Below, piece by piece: positions 24,314 to 37,680 of a stretch of 64,000 nt of DNA (its first letter is position 1; every line of letters begins with the position of its first letter). The position numbers and the translations under genes are program-made. The stretch lies in the NCBI RefSeq assembly GCF_018977255.1, contig NW_024704761.1:1302001-1366000 (forward strand), read 5' to 3'. The notes under the pieces were generated by a model, which worked only from the letters and a program-made list of their open reading frames with translations, was not told where the DNA came from and did no database searches. Origin of the DNA: Callorhinchus milii (lineage: Eukaryota).

Positions 24314-26155
24314 GTAAGTTTCCAAGGACTGATTTTTGGTATTGACTTAATTCTTTTGTCTCGTGCAACACACACACAAGTACAGAGATCTGTTGTTAAA
24401 ATATTGTGGTATCCATTGTGGGTTAAGTCTTCTATATCAGTAGTGTATTGCCATGAAGCAGTTTCTCCTTTTCTTGCCCCCACCCCCACTGCAATTACAG
24501 ATTCATTATATGAGAGAAAATATTTTTCATCTTAAAATTATATGTTTGACCAGAGGTTGGGAGAATTGGAACATAGTTGCAGTGCAGTTGGCTGTTTTTG
24601 AGTGGAGTTGTTAATGTTTGTTCAGCGTACTAAATGCTTAAACTATTTGGAACGATTATTGCAAAACAATTTGTATTCTGTTCACTATTCATTCTAGCAG
24701 AATCCTGGAATTGGGTCACTGGTAAAATCTATTCTGGAAACTTGTAGAAACATTTGAATGTAATGTATTAAAATAAAAGTGATGGATTCCCTACTTGCTC
24801 AAGAAATACTGATATTTTAACTGTGTTGTATAGCTTGATGTATTGACTTCACAAAATATATAGTCAATTCACTCTATAGTATATTCTGTGAAGCACTTTG
24901 AGACGTCTTAATGATGTGACAAGGTTCTATATTAAATGCAAGGATTATTGTTATTTGGTAGTTAGCAGAGAATTTCTTCTTCCAATTTTTAAGCATTTAT
25001 ATTTTAACAGGTCATACTTTGAATGCACTCTTCCTACAGTCTTCCTTCATTTTTAGGACTGGAAACACTTAAAAAGAGCTTGCCCTACCGAATAAAGATC
25101 TCTTTCTGAACAACTGGTTTATTAGCTGAAATACTGCAGTATTTAACAGTTACTTGACAAATTTGAGGCAGCAATGGGTATGCAGTCAAAACTGGCAGCT
25201 TCATCAGTCTTGAACCTTTTTTTGGTACTTGAACTTCAAACCTCTATTCCTAAACAAGTGGCCCAGCCTTTGAATCTGCTGTGTAATGGAACATCTTCAT
25301 GGCAAACCTTGTGCTGACTGATCTCCTGAAATTAGGTGCTTGTGAATACCGCACAAAGTTAAAATCACATCCCCTACAGTAGTGATGAATGAATTAATTT
25401 GCTTTGCTCTCGTCTCCTATGACCTATTCAAGAATGACGTATGTTTTACAAAAATCCTTTGAACCTTTTAATCTTATCTAAAAATATAAATGTTTATCCA
25501 GACATTTTATTTATACTAGATTAAAGCTGGAATGAGTTAATTTTGGTTGTACGTCTTAATGTACTGGGCTTTCTAAAATATTGCAGCACATGTGGGACAT
25601 TCTTAAAGATAAAGAATCAAATGGCTATTGACCTGAGTCAGAAATAACCTTTAAGTACACTGGATCATCTTTCTTATTCTTGCATGTAATAGAAAATTTG
25701 CAGACATTACACATTTAATGTGTATGACCTGGATAAATTGAGGGATGTAAGCAACTTTTTTTGTGTATGACTTCGTAAAATGTGACAAAGAAATTGCTTA
25801 TGTACACCCTATCAAAAACTGAAGTTTGAGTTGCCAGGAATTTTTTCTGACAGTTAATTAAATTCATACGGGCATTTTCCAACTCTAATGTTGAAGTTAA
25901 AAAATAATAGAGAACCAGATGAAAATTATGAACTGGAACCTTCTGAGAGCAACCCAGTGTCTTCTCTAATTTTTTTTTACACACCGTTCTGTGAGGAAGT
26001 GCTTTATTGCACAACATAAGATGTCTGGGAAGTCTCATTATTGTGTATATTTGAAGATGTGCTACAGAAATGTTTCCTAGAGTTGTTGTTTTGTAATTAA
26101 AGTTGTAAATTTGTTAAATTCATGCAAAATGTGTTCTTTTTCCTCCTCCCCTCAG

Positions 26156-26221
26156 AAATGGCAGCGCAGATTCTTTGTGTTGTATGAGCATGGTTGTCTT
26201 CGTTATGCATTGGATGAATCG
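26156..26221 (+). CDS. MPRIP-like: MPRIP-family gene exon 3 (KWQRRFFVLYEHGCLRYALDES)
   Basis: Acceptor tcctcctcccctcag|, donor TCG|GTAAGT; 66 nt; KWQRRFF PH-domain motif. Confidence 0.95.
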
Positions 26222-29200
26222 GTAAGTTTTTTTTGTTAGTTTTGTATAATTATTCCCAATTGGTTTTACTCAGTACCTTACTGCTACTACTTCTACTGTT
26301 TGTCAGATAAGGTGACATTCATAAATTAAAATGCAATCCAGGACATTTTTTTCCTTATTGGCTAAATCTGAAATTATTGGTATTCAGTTTTATGTTTTAA
26401 TTGCAAACCTATTGTACAGTAAAGCTGAAAATAAATCCACTGAATTGTCACATAATCTTAAATGGGGGAAAAAAGAACATTGTGAAGTACAGTGTACTTA
26501 CTTGTATTGTGTAAGTGTATGTAAGGTGTTTTCTACTAAAATTAGTACATGTGGCTGAAATGGTATGCTTGTCAGCGATTTCTACTGGAAAACACTGCCT
26601 TAGCTATATTTTTCTCTTAATACTAAGTCTGAGTTTTAGAATTATTGGGAATATGTTTTTGTACTATTAGGTCAACAAATGCTTTTCCTCTGATTGTCAT
26701 TTATTAAACGACATAGTTGAGCACATTGTTTTTATGCTCTTTTCATCTGCTCTGGGAACATACAGAGGAAAAATCGGAAATTAGTGCAGGAAAATCTGCC
26801 CATTATTGCTAACAATAGTAACTGGGATTGGAGAGAGCCAAATGCCTGCCATAAAATTAGCAGCATGGAATTTAAGTAAAGACATTTGTATGGTTAACAT
26901 TTATCTTTGCCTGATCTTAAGCACCAAACTTGTTCTGTCACATTTTTAAAAAACGAGTTGAGTTTAAATGTATATCTGTTTTTTTTTATTCTTTTCAACC
27001 TACCCCTCCAAAAAAAAAATTGTGTCTGTACTACATTAAATATTTTGAATGGAAACATTTTATGTATATTTTCTTTTTGAAGCTTTCAAGCACTTAAATA
27101 TAGTAAACTTCTGATAATTTGACTGTGGCTTAACTTATTACTATCACTTAAATTATCAAGCCACATTTATTTTTGTGTTTATACAAATACCTAATCCACT
27201 GCTCTGGATAACCTGACACTGAGCTCTTTTCCCTTGGAGTGCTGAGCTATCAGGAGTTTACTGTATGTGTTTACATAAAACACAAAGGCTGCTCTGTTCC
27301 AGGCTACTGCTGGTTAGTTAATATCTGATTTGGGCAAACATTACATTTGCTCATTTCTTCGGTGAGCAAGGGAGGGAAATCAATATTAGCCACATTTTCC
27401 CCTTGTGATAGCTGTCTATTGACCCTCACTAAAGTGAGGCATGTATTGATGTCTGGAGAGGATATGGTGGTGTTTTGCCGTGGTGGTTCCATGTTGACTA
27501 ACCCATTAAAGCTTGGTGTCCTAGTCACGTGAGAGAGTGACAAGAGGGCAGATGTCTGCAGCCTGTTTTACTCCAGCACATGTCAGCGTCTTCAGGAGCT
27601 TGGGGGAAATGTGTAGCATTCTATAAGGAAGAGGTCACTGCTGGTTTGGCGAGGGGGATAGAAGTAGAAGTCTATCTCACATCCAAGAAGTCATGTCTAT
27701 CACATCAATGCGTTAATATCTATTACTAATGCATGGATGTGATAGGCAGACTTCTACTTCAGTAACAGGTTGAATATCACATTCAAGTCTGAATTATTGT
27801 CGGTACTGCATATTTGTGAAAGCACTGCCATTAATTTCTAATCTGTGAAATTCTTAATCTCTGTAAGGAAGAGCCTGGCGTGTACTAATAAATATGTTTA
27901 TTTCTTAGTTCAATATATTTGCAACATTCTTAGTGAATGAAGACATTTGTTCAAGTTAAAAATAAGTTTTTTTTTAAAAATCTTGTGGGTCAACAAATGT
28001 TTCTCATTCTTTGGCTGATGTTGTGGTGGAAAAATGTGAAGGCCATGCCGATTGTGTATTTTGTGGCAAATCAACTGCTTTTAAAAATTAGTCGTAACAA
28101 CATGTGCCAGATGCTCTACTTTGCTTTCTGAAACTTCACCGCCAAGATTGAAGCTCAGCTCCATATTTTCTTTTTTTTCAGCGCCTTGGGACATCCTCCC
28201 GACGTGAAAGGCGCTTTACAAATGTAATTTTGTTGTTGTCAGCCTGGTGTCTGACACAAGAGGAAACCCATCGCCCTGCATATCCAAACCAAACAGAGTT
28301 CCATACATATTATTATTTATTATTATTATCATCCTACCTACACGTAGAAATTCCAGAGGTAGATTGTTGGAATGAAATGCGCACTCTCCTGCTTATCTAA
28401 TTCTGGAAAGTTTCAGATGCTGGTTGGCAAGTGTCAAGGCTAACCCTAACCATAATCCTTACCACCCCCAACACCATCCCAGGAGAATAGCTGCCTGATC
28501 TATATGGGTTAAAGCGAACTAATGGAATGCTGGTTGATTTGTAGAATAATGTTAACAAACACATATAGAAACAGAAGAGACTCTGGTTTAAAAGGGGGAG
28601 GGGAAACCTTTAACCAAAAAAGAGAAGACTTTTGTTAAAGTGGTCCTTCACTGTGGTTAATATGGCATCCTGTAACGTTAGGCAATGTGGCTTTGCCTTG
28701 TAACACTGATTGTGTGTGTTAAGTCAGCTTCATGTGTGCATGAGACTTTCAGCTGGACATGTAAAGGCGGAGCACAATCGTGAAAACAGTCTCTGGGGAA
28801 ATTGTGTAATGTAGACTTTCTTTATCATGAATAAAATTATTGCAGTACTAAAGCCAGTCATGTGCACCTCATAATTGCATAATGCCTTCTGCTGTATGAG
28901 TTATTCACACAAATATGTAAAGCATTTCTTTGCTAACGCGCAGTAAAACCCTGTTATACGAATGAACTGTCATAAGAATAAATTTTAGTCTGTTGCTTGC
29001 AAAACTCCAATTTGTTGCCTAAATTGGTCTATGAGTCCACAGTGCAGTAAAACCAATTCAATGGAGCTATCCAATGCCCTTCTTTTGTGCTTCAAAGCTC
29101 AAAATGCTCTTTTCTTCAAAACTTTTACTGGTATTAACTCAAATTGATTACTGTGCTCTTACGTACATAATATGGTTGTTGCATGTAAACAATTGCTAGA

Positions 29201-32200
29201 ACATATGAGTCAACTGATTACTGTTTCTGTGGTGCAATATAGCTAAACAATTTGAAGCTTTAAATATGTATATTTTCTCCCTTTTTTTAAATAAAAAACA
29301 TCTTGCTTTATTTCACTCTTTCCAAGAAGCCCTTTCCCCCTTTGAAAGAAAGTTATTTTGCCTTCCTCCTCTGTATTATACATTCCTTGGCAATCGGCCA
29401 GTGTCATTTTGTTTGTTTTCAGTGAGCATGAGGTAGCGTGGACTCCGGTTATTCAGTCACCATTTTTTTTTACCTTCCCCATATTGAGGGGTGGGGGGGT
29501 GGTAGAGGGGGAGTGCCTGACAGCTGTTTGATGGTGCCTTTCCTGTAACAACTTGGTCAAGATGATTGTGTGAGCAACTGTTTTTGATGCATTTTTAATT
29601 GAGAGCAAACAGAAGTTGAAGGACATAAGAATTTGGTAATACCTTCATCAGTTCAAAGAATGTTTTAGTAGTTTGACAATGATCCTTCGAGGACTGAACA
29701 TTAATTAATTGGACCTGACCTTTTTTCACACAACTATTAGATTCAGCTCTTATCCAGGCTTTAGTTTGATTTTAGGGTGATTCATTTCTAAATAATGATG
29801 AAGTTGATCAGATTGAAACTTTAAACCAGATTCTAATAATCATAATGTGCAACTTTAAAATGTGACGAATGATTGTGCAGGTCTGTTATTTAACACTGTA
29901 ATTTGATGTAATCTAGAAGGTAATCTGAGAACCTATTGCCCAGCTGTCCTCTCCATTATGAGCAGCAAGAGGTCGCTTAGTATGGTAGACTTGAACATTT
30001 TAGATCCCATTAAATTGTCTCTTTAATGCCTTGCTACCCGATCTCCACATGGGAAAATACTGACTGGTAGCTGAAAGGTTGGCAATAACAAGTATCAAAG
30101 CCTTGACCCTGTCTGTTGTGGCTATCTGGTCACTTCCTGGTGGTTATTTATGTGGTTTCCTTTGGGTCCAGTGCTCCAGAAGTTTTGTAAACATACAATT
30201 GTTGCTCAAGTTGGAGCATGAGTCGTAGTGTTGGTTAGAAGATGAGATATAACAATGCTCTCTTTGGCTAGTATTAACGTCTGTATGGCAAAAATAACTT
30301 TGAATAACAATAGGATTTTTGGAGAAAAAGTAAAATAACTTTTATCAAGGCATGTGTTATGTGTGAACATCCTTGTCATTATTCTGAGGTTTCATTGTGT
30401 TATGAAGTAACATTCAACTAGGTTTTTAATTCTCTTTTATTAATTGCATTACTTACGCACAAGTGGTATCAATTTCTGTCATTGTCACAAATAATAGAAC
30501 AAATCTTTTATGGGCCACTTTTTTATATTTAAAAAAAAGTATCCCTTTTGTTCCCCTTTTCATGGCTCAATTAGCACAAACCTGGAATGTAAACATTTTT
30601 TACAAATGGTGCTCTTCACCTTGCTCCACACTGGCACTCTTATCAATAGTCTCCCACGATTTCCATTGATTGACTGCACTAGCAGGTTCGATCAAGTTTT
30701 GTTTTATATCACGTGCAATTGTTCATTGTATGCTAATATCCAGAGTCTTTTACTGATTGGGAACTGGATCTGACTATTCAACTGCCATCATTTAAAATAC
30801 AGCTCCATATGTCTTTTTAAAAATGGGTCCAATTGTTGGAATTGTGATAACCCAATAACTAATGTGATTCTGGGGGTGGAGTTGCTATTGTTTAATAATA
30901 ATAATCCTTGCATTTGATATAGCGCTTTTCACATTGGGAGGACGTCCCAAAGCGCTTCACAAAACACACTGTAAAGTGAATTGACTCTATATTTGTTTGG
31001 ATGAGATGTTAAACCGAGTTCTGTCTGCCTGTCCAGATGGTTGTTAAAGATCTCATAGCACAATTCGAAAAGGGAAGGGAATTTTTCCTGGTGTCATAGC
31101 CAACAAATCCCAGATAGAATTAGTCATTCGCTCCATGTCTGATTGTAGGACATTCCTGTGCCATATTGGCTGCCACGTTTGCCTACACAATACCTAGTCA
31201 TACTGTGAAGCGCTTCTTGACTACACGATCTACCGAATACAAAGATGATTATTGTTACCATAGTGGTGATCAGTGTAAAGCTGCTTATATGAATCCTCAC
31301 TGACTAATTTGGCTTTTCCTGTACCAGTGAATTTTTTAAACTCGCTGTTAAAAGATCTTGCATTGATTAGTTAGTTGGGTTCTATATATAGATGTTATTA
31401 ACATGATGCTTTGCTCATTTCTTGTTTTAGATGACTTGACTTTTAGGACCTACATCTGTTGATTTATTCTTTGCTTTACAGCCCCTTGATTACAAGTTGG
31501 AACTCCCATTCCTATTCACTTTGCTAAAGTTGCCTCTAATTGATTTGCTTTTGCTTGCATAAAATGCCTTTCTTTCGCGCCCAACAACCATTATTGATTT
31601 ATTATAAAGCCCAAGACTGTCCATAACTTAATTTTCCCATAAATGGGGAGGGTTGCCTAACATTCCTAGACAGGATGCAAGTAGCTTGCTCTATAACCTC
31701 CCTTTCTATTGTAGTCTTTTTTTCTGTTTTATTGGTTACTGCTTTAGTTATTCCTCTGCATATACTTTCTCTTCTATGCATTCTCACTTTGTAGTAACCT
31801 ATCATTCTTTCCAACTTTAGCTGTCATATACTGGCCATTAACACTGTCCAGTGCATTGGGAGTCCTCTCGACCTGAAAGATACTATAACAAATGTAATTT
31901 GTTGTTGTTGGATCTGCTTGCTTTCTTCAGTATTTGCACAGGCCGGAGGCTCTTAAAATATAAGCGTGGAATCACCTATTTTGTGTTTTTAAAAATCAAG
32001 CTTTACCGTTTGGCTGCTGTAGCAACTATATAAGACTTGAATTATTTTGACATATAACTCTTTAAACTGCAGTACATGGAGGAACAGGTGGGCAGGAGAC
32101 AGTGGGGGCAGATGGTGGCAAAATCTTAATTGCCGCTTTCTCCTTTCTGTTCCTGTAACTGGAGATGTTTCCTCAGCCGAACTCTAAATATCATAGAGCA

Positions 32201-34227
32201 GAAATTCATAGGCTGCTTTCTTATTTTTCCTGTAACTGGAGAAGGCTGCATAGGTGCAAACACACAAGGGTGTATTCATAGGATGCTTTATGATGATGAA
32301 TGGTATAATATGTTGCTCATTTTGTTTTTGCAGCATTTGTGAAAATGACTGAATGTTAATCCTAAAGAATTACAGCTAATTTATTTCTCAGCCTGTTAAT
32401 TTGAAAATAATTCAACATACAGTAGGAACACCAAATCTGCCACATGCATTGGGTGGCTCCAGTGGGCTTGACAGCCATCATGAAAGTTGACATCAGTTGT
32501 TATTATTATTATTATAATAATAATAATCCTTGCATTTGATAAAGCTGCTCATCATATCGTTGTTGTGCTGCCACTAACAATTTTAATGTCTATACTTGGC
32601 CTTCCAGTAGGATAATGTCTCAAAGTGCTTCACAGGATTTTTATTGTGAGATATAGTGACTATTTTGTCGGCATATTCGGCACATGGTCGGGGCAAAAAA
32701 TCTATTATTGTGACCAGACATTTGGTATTCCACAGCAACTACACCAAATATACTAACCGTGGAACAGTTGACCATCTCCTTCTCGTTGCTATTCTGCAGA
32801 AAGTTTAATTGTTCATGTGGAGCTATTCACCATTTCATCGAATGTAGTAATATGCAGATTTGGATACCAATTGCTTATTAGCTTATTGATTGTTAACCAT
32901 TGGTGTGCTTCATGAACCTATACTGAACTGAAAATCAGCCATCTGGCAGTACCATCAATTAAGGGGCCAATCTTTAAAGTATGAATGTGTTCAGTAAATT
33001 ACCTTCTGCTCTTTGATACTTAGTTAGTTAGTCATTGGAGAGGCAAGGAATATTAGCTTTGTAGAGAGAACCTTTTTATGCTTAATCTAAGCAGCAGATA
33101 AATTCAGCTTTCTAAAATAAGAGCTATGGGAATAATTCCTTCTCAGAGCATTTAACTCCCAAGGTACCCTGAAATTTGAAGCTTCCCAGTAAAATCTCTC
33201 AGGGTTTGCGATTTTTAAAAAAATACATAATGTAAGCTGGACCTGAACAGAGGTTGCTGCGATAACATTGTTGAATTTTACTTTCACTCTCCTTGCCGCT
33301 TGTACAGTAATTGTTTTTAATGGTGTAGATAGATTACTATGCATCAGTGTAGGATTTTGGCATCAACAGCCCTTTCTAAAGGCAATCTATTCCAGTTGTT
33401 AATTAACCTCTGGGAGAAGAAATGCTTCTTGGTGTCTGGACTGAATTTACCCTTTGCAATCCTGAACCTGGGTTCCTCTTTGCTGTCCAGGTACATCTGA
33501 AGTATTGTTTTGTGTTTACTTTCTCAATCCAATTTTTAACTCTTACATACAAGCAATTATTTTCATTTTATAGGTGCTATATCAAATGCAAGGATTATTA
33601 TTTATAGATTTTCAGACTTGAGTAATATATTTTATTGTGAAATTAGCAACTTCATTTTTTTTAATGTGCATTTTTCAAAGAAATAATGTTTAATTTGCTA
33701 TTAGGTTTAATTAAACATACCCAGAAAATCTATGATTATTTGAAAACCTATTCCATTCCCTTTCTATAACCCACAAAATACACAGTTGCTCCACTTTATA
33801 ATATATTCTGTGATGTGCTTTGAAAGGTTCTCCTAATGTAAATGGCTATAATGTAAGAATTATAGGTTCTATTCTTCAGCTTTTCTGACCGTATCTTCAA
33901 AATATTTAAGGTAATACTTGAGTATTTACTTTTACATTGAAAGGTTGATATAATGTTTCTGCAACTAGAAAACTATTGCACTAATGGGTATTTTGTATTA
34001 ATAAAGGTCATAATAATATAATGTCTGAGTGCATTGTATTGCTTTATGGTAAAAAAAATGAGTGCCCTAAGTGTTGTAGACTGAAATGTAATCCTTATCT
34101 GATTATCACAGCTACAAATATCATTGTTAATTTGGTTTTTGCCATCTGTTGGATAAACTGAAAGTAAATTCCACTACCATGACAACCACCAATAATTAGC
34201 ATTTCTAACTCTTCAGTTGACTTGTGT

Positions 34228-34590
34228 GTCAGCATGGCTCAACTGGTAGCACGCACGCCTCTCAGTCAGAAGATTGTGGGTTCAAGCTCCATTATTGGGA
34301 CTTTGAACCCACATTGTCGGGGCTAACACTCCAATGGAGCATACTGCGTTGTTGAAGGTGCTGTCCTTCAGATGAGACTTCAAACCGAGATCTCAACTGC
34401 CTGTTCAGGAAGATATTAAAAATCCCCTGGCACTATTCAAAAATCTAAGGGAGTTTCTCTAAAATTGGTCATTCATTTCATAGCTGTTTGTGGGGCATTG
34501 CTTTCCATAGTTAATACTCCTCTAATTCTGTGAAGTGCTTTGAGATGACCTCCTATTATGAAAGGAACTACATCAAATGCTAGGATTACT
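34228..34590 (+). mobile_element. Older tRNA-derived SINE, near full length
   Basis: A box TGGCTCAACTGG, B box GGTTCAAGCTCC, shared body, degraded tail CAAATGCTAGGATTA. Confidence 0.8.
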
Positions 34591-35525
34591 GCAGCCTATC
34601 ATAAAGCTGGTTAGGATTTTTGTTTTCTTTCTTCCATCCCCCAACCTCCATGTTATAACTGGGCTCTTCTGCATTTTCATTTGAATGATTATTGATTCAA
34701 CCTCGAGTCACTTGTGGTAATGTATTCCTAATCTTAATGCTCTGAATGAGTAAATCCGACTAAACCCTCTCTAATTCTTCCACAAATGATTCTGAGAAGA
34801 TGCTCTCTTGTTGCCTAAAAGGAATAGATTTTACCCATGTCATGTTCTTTCAACATCTTATAATCGTCCATCGTATTCTTTCTCAATCTCCAGCGGAAAA
34901 AGCCCAATGTTACCAATATTTTATATTTCTCCCAGGGCAGTGTTTTGGAGTGTCATTGTCAAGGTTGGATGCTTAGCAAGGGAGAAAAGGGGAGTTATTC
35001 ATGGGCACAGTTGAAGAGATAGGTCATAAAGTGGGATTAAAGATGGATACAACAAACAACAACAAATTCAGCAAAATAATACTACTAAAAATGGATTGGA
35101 ACATTTTAAAGTCCAGTAGAAATGTAATCTTTCATCTGCAAAGACTTGTTTTGTTAATGTGACCTGCCCTTCAGTGCTGAAGTAATTTTTTCCATGGTTG
35201 TGAATGTTTCCTGATGTGATTGTATTTTCATCTTATTTGTGGCTGATTGAATGTGTTCATTTCATTTATTTATTAGTAACATGATTTCTCACATAGGTGA
35301 AGGAGTGAATTTATTGTCTTGAAAGCTTAAAGTCAGTATCACAATTTGAAAATCCTGCTGAAAATTGTTCACTGCATCATTAAATTCATTGCCGAGTACA
35401 GCTTCATGAGATAAAATGAAAGGGTGGGAATGGAGGAAGCTTTACAATGCTTTTTTTTGGATTTAGAATCTGAGTTTAGGTTTGGATTGACACTTTGAGC
35501 TTATGAACTGGAATCTTGATTGATC

Positions 35526-35905
35526 TCCACTTTCGATTTCAAGATCCTCACCCTCGTATTCAAGTCCCTGCACTCCTCTGCACCCCCCTACCTCTCTGAC
35601 CTCCTCTCTCCTCAGCACTACCCGTGGCCTTCGTTCCTCCGGGTCTGGCCTCCTCCTTGTCCCCCGAATCCTCCACTCCACTCTTGGCGGCCGTGCCTTT
35701 AGCCACTATGCACCGAGGCTCTGGAACTGCCTTCCTCACTCCCTTCGTCTCACTCCCTCCCTTCCCATTTTCAGGTCTCTTCTGAAGACCTTTCTTTTCG
35801 ACCGCACCTTTGGTCACCTTCCCACCCCTCTCCCCTGGCTCGGCCCCGGGATCCTGAGACACCATCCGACGTGGAGGGCGCTATATAAATCCAAGTTGTT
35901 GTTGA
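35526..35905 (+). mobile_element. L2 LINE, 5'-truncated
   Basis: Encodes FKILTLVFKSLHSSAPPYLSDLL and GGRAFSHYAPRLWNCLP; tail GGCGCTATATAAATCCAAGTTGTTGTTG; possible TTGATC target duplication. Confidence 0.88.
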
Positions 35906-37254
35906 TCGATGAACTTGTTAAATAATATCACTCCCCTCCCCCCAATGATTTTCAGTGCGTGTGTATATGAAGATAATTTTCATACTATCTGGGCACTAAT
36001 TACATTTTCATTAATTGACAATGGTAATATAAAAACTGCTGATATCCTCCTATTAACTGTGGGTAGATAACCTTACTAAGTGCTGCTGTTAACTGTGTAC
36101 AACATTCCGGCATCTTTCTATTTATATCCTTAAAAAGCTATTAAAATTAATTCAGGTTGTAAGAGGTTTAATTATCTGCAGGTTATACAGGAAGTCTTTA
36201 TACAATTGCATTGTTATTACACAATAACATAATCATTATAATCCTTGCATTTGATTTAGTGCCTTCACTTTGGGAGGATGAAGCGCTTCACAGGATATCC
36301 TGTAAAGTGCAGTGACTGTGTGTTTTGTGGGTGAATGCAGTAACCAATTTCCACACAGCACTGTGCCACAAACAGCCATGAAGTAAAGAACCAATTACAA
36401 TTATTTAAATGTAACTTGTACGAAGAATAAATTACAATAAAAAAAACCTGTTAATAAAAGCATTTTAATGTGGGATTGCTTATAACACTACTCGGGTGAC
36501 ATTTACTTACCCCAAAAATCCAAATTGCTCTATCAAAGAGTTTCTAGCACGGGAAAGCCAAAATAACTGATTTCCAGGTCATCGCCTGTGTCTCTTATAG
36601 TGTGTGCACTATGCCTGAGAAGTGACCGTGGCCTCATGACCTGGAAGTTGGACATTTTGACTGGCCAACATTTTGTATTTCTGCGTATGTATGCAGTGAA
36701 TGTGATAGCGCTGACTATTGTTGTACCCTGGTTGGGATATTGTGGACTCCCAAGTACCAGTTTATTAAGGGGATGTATTTAAATAGCTGTGTGACTATTG
36801 GAATCCAAAACCACGGAGAAAAGAAGAGAATGAAAATGGAAAGAAGTGCGTAATAAACTGCAGCATAATGATCTCATCACTTTTGGCCACTTTACTGCTT
36901 TGGCTTTCTTCCATTTTAATAAAATTCAATAAATTTTGATTCCTGGCATGTTTGAATCTGTTTTAGTTATGGGAAAAGCAGAATAGGCAATGCTGTCTTT
37001 TTAATTATGCCTTGAAGGGGGTGAGTGACTGGTAGTGCAGGGCTTATTCAATCAGTTCAGAGCCTTGTCTCAGTGCTATTCCTCATACCAGTATTTCCAT
37101 ATTTGGTTTTGTAGCAATAGACTAGTGGTTAATCCAAGTTTCTAGGACGAATTATCCCTGAATCATAAAAAACACATGGACCCTGTGGGCATGTCTGTGA
37201 TTTGAATTCCAAAGCTTGTGTGCTACAGTATCTATTTGTAAAATAATACTGCAG

Positions 37255-37680
37255 TACATAGAGTGATACGGAAATAGGCTATATGGCCAACTGTTTCATG
37301 CCAGTGTTTATACTACGCACATACACCATCCACATCCCCGCTTCTATATCCATCTAACCTTTCTCCCTTTTACATGCTTCAAGCCTTAAGTACATTGATT
37401 TTTTTTTTTTTGCTTGAACCAGATTCCATCAGTGAGTTTCAAATTCTCACCATCCTTTGTGTGAAGAAGCTTCTCTTAAACTCCGTATGAAATCTGCTAG
37501 CTATAATATAGTTACGTACTCTGGTTTTGAACTCTCCAACAAGTGGAAACAGCATCCACATTATTGAATCCCTGCATAATCTTGAACACCACTATCTGAT
37601 CCCCTCTCAATTGTAAAGAGAAAAGCTGCAACCTGTCCAATCTGTCTCGATAGCTGTATTCAATCACCCCTAGTAAATTA
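37255..37680 (-). mobile_element. Old CR1 3' fragment
   Basis: Collinear similarity to the CR1 at 21317 (e.g. CTCACCATCCTTTGTGTGAAGAAG). Confidence 0.6.
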
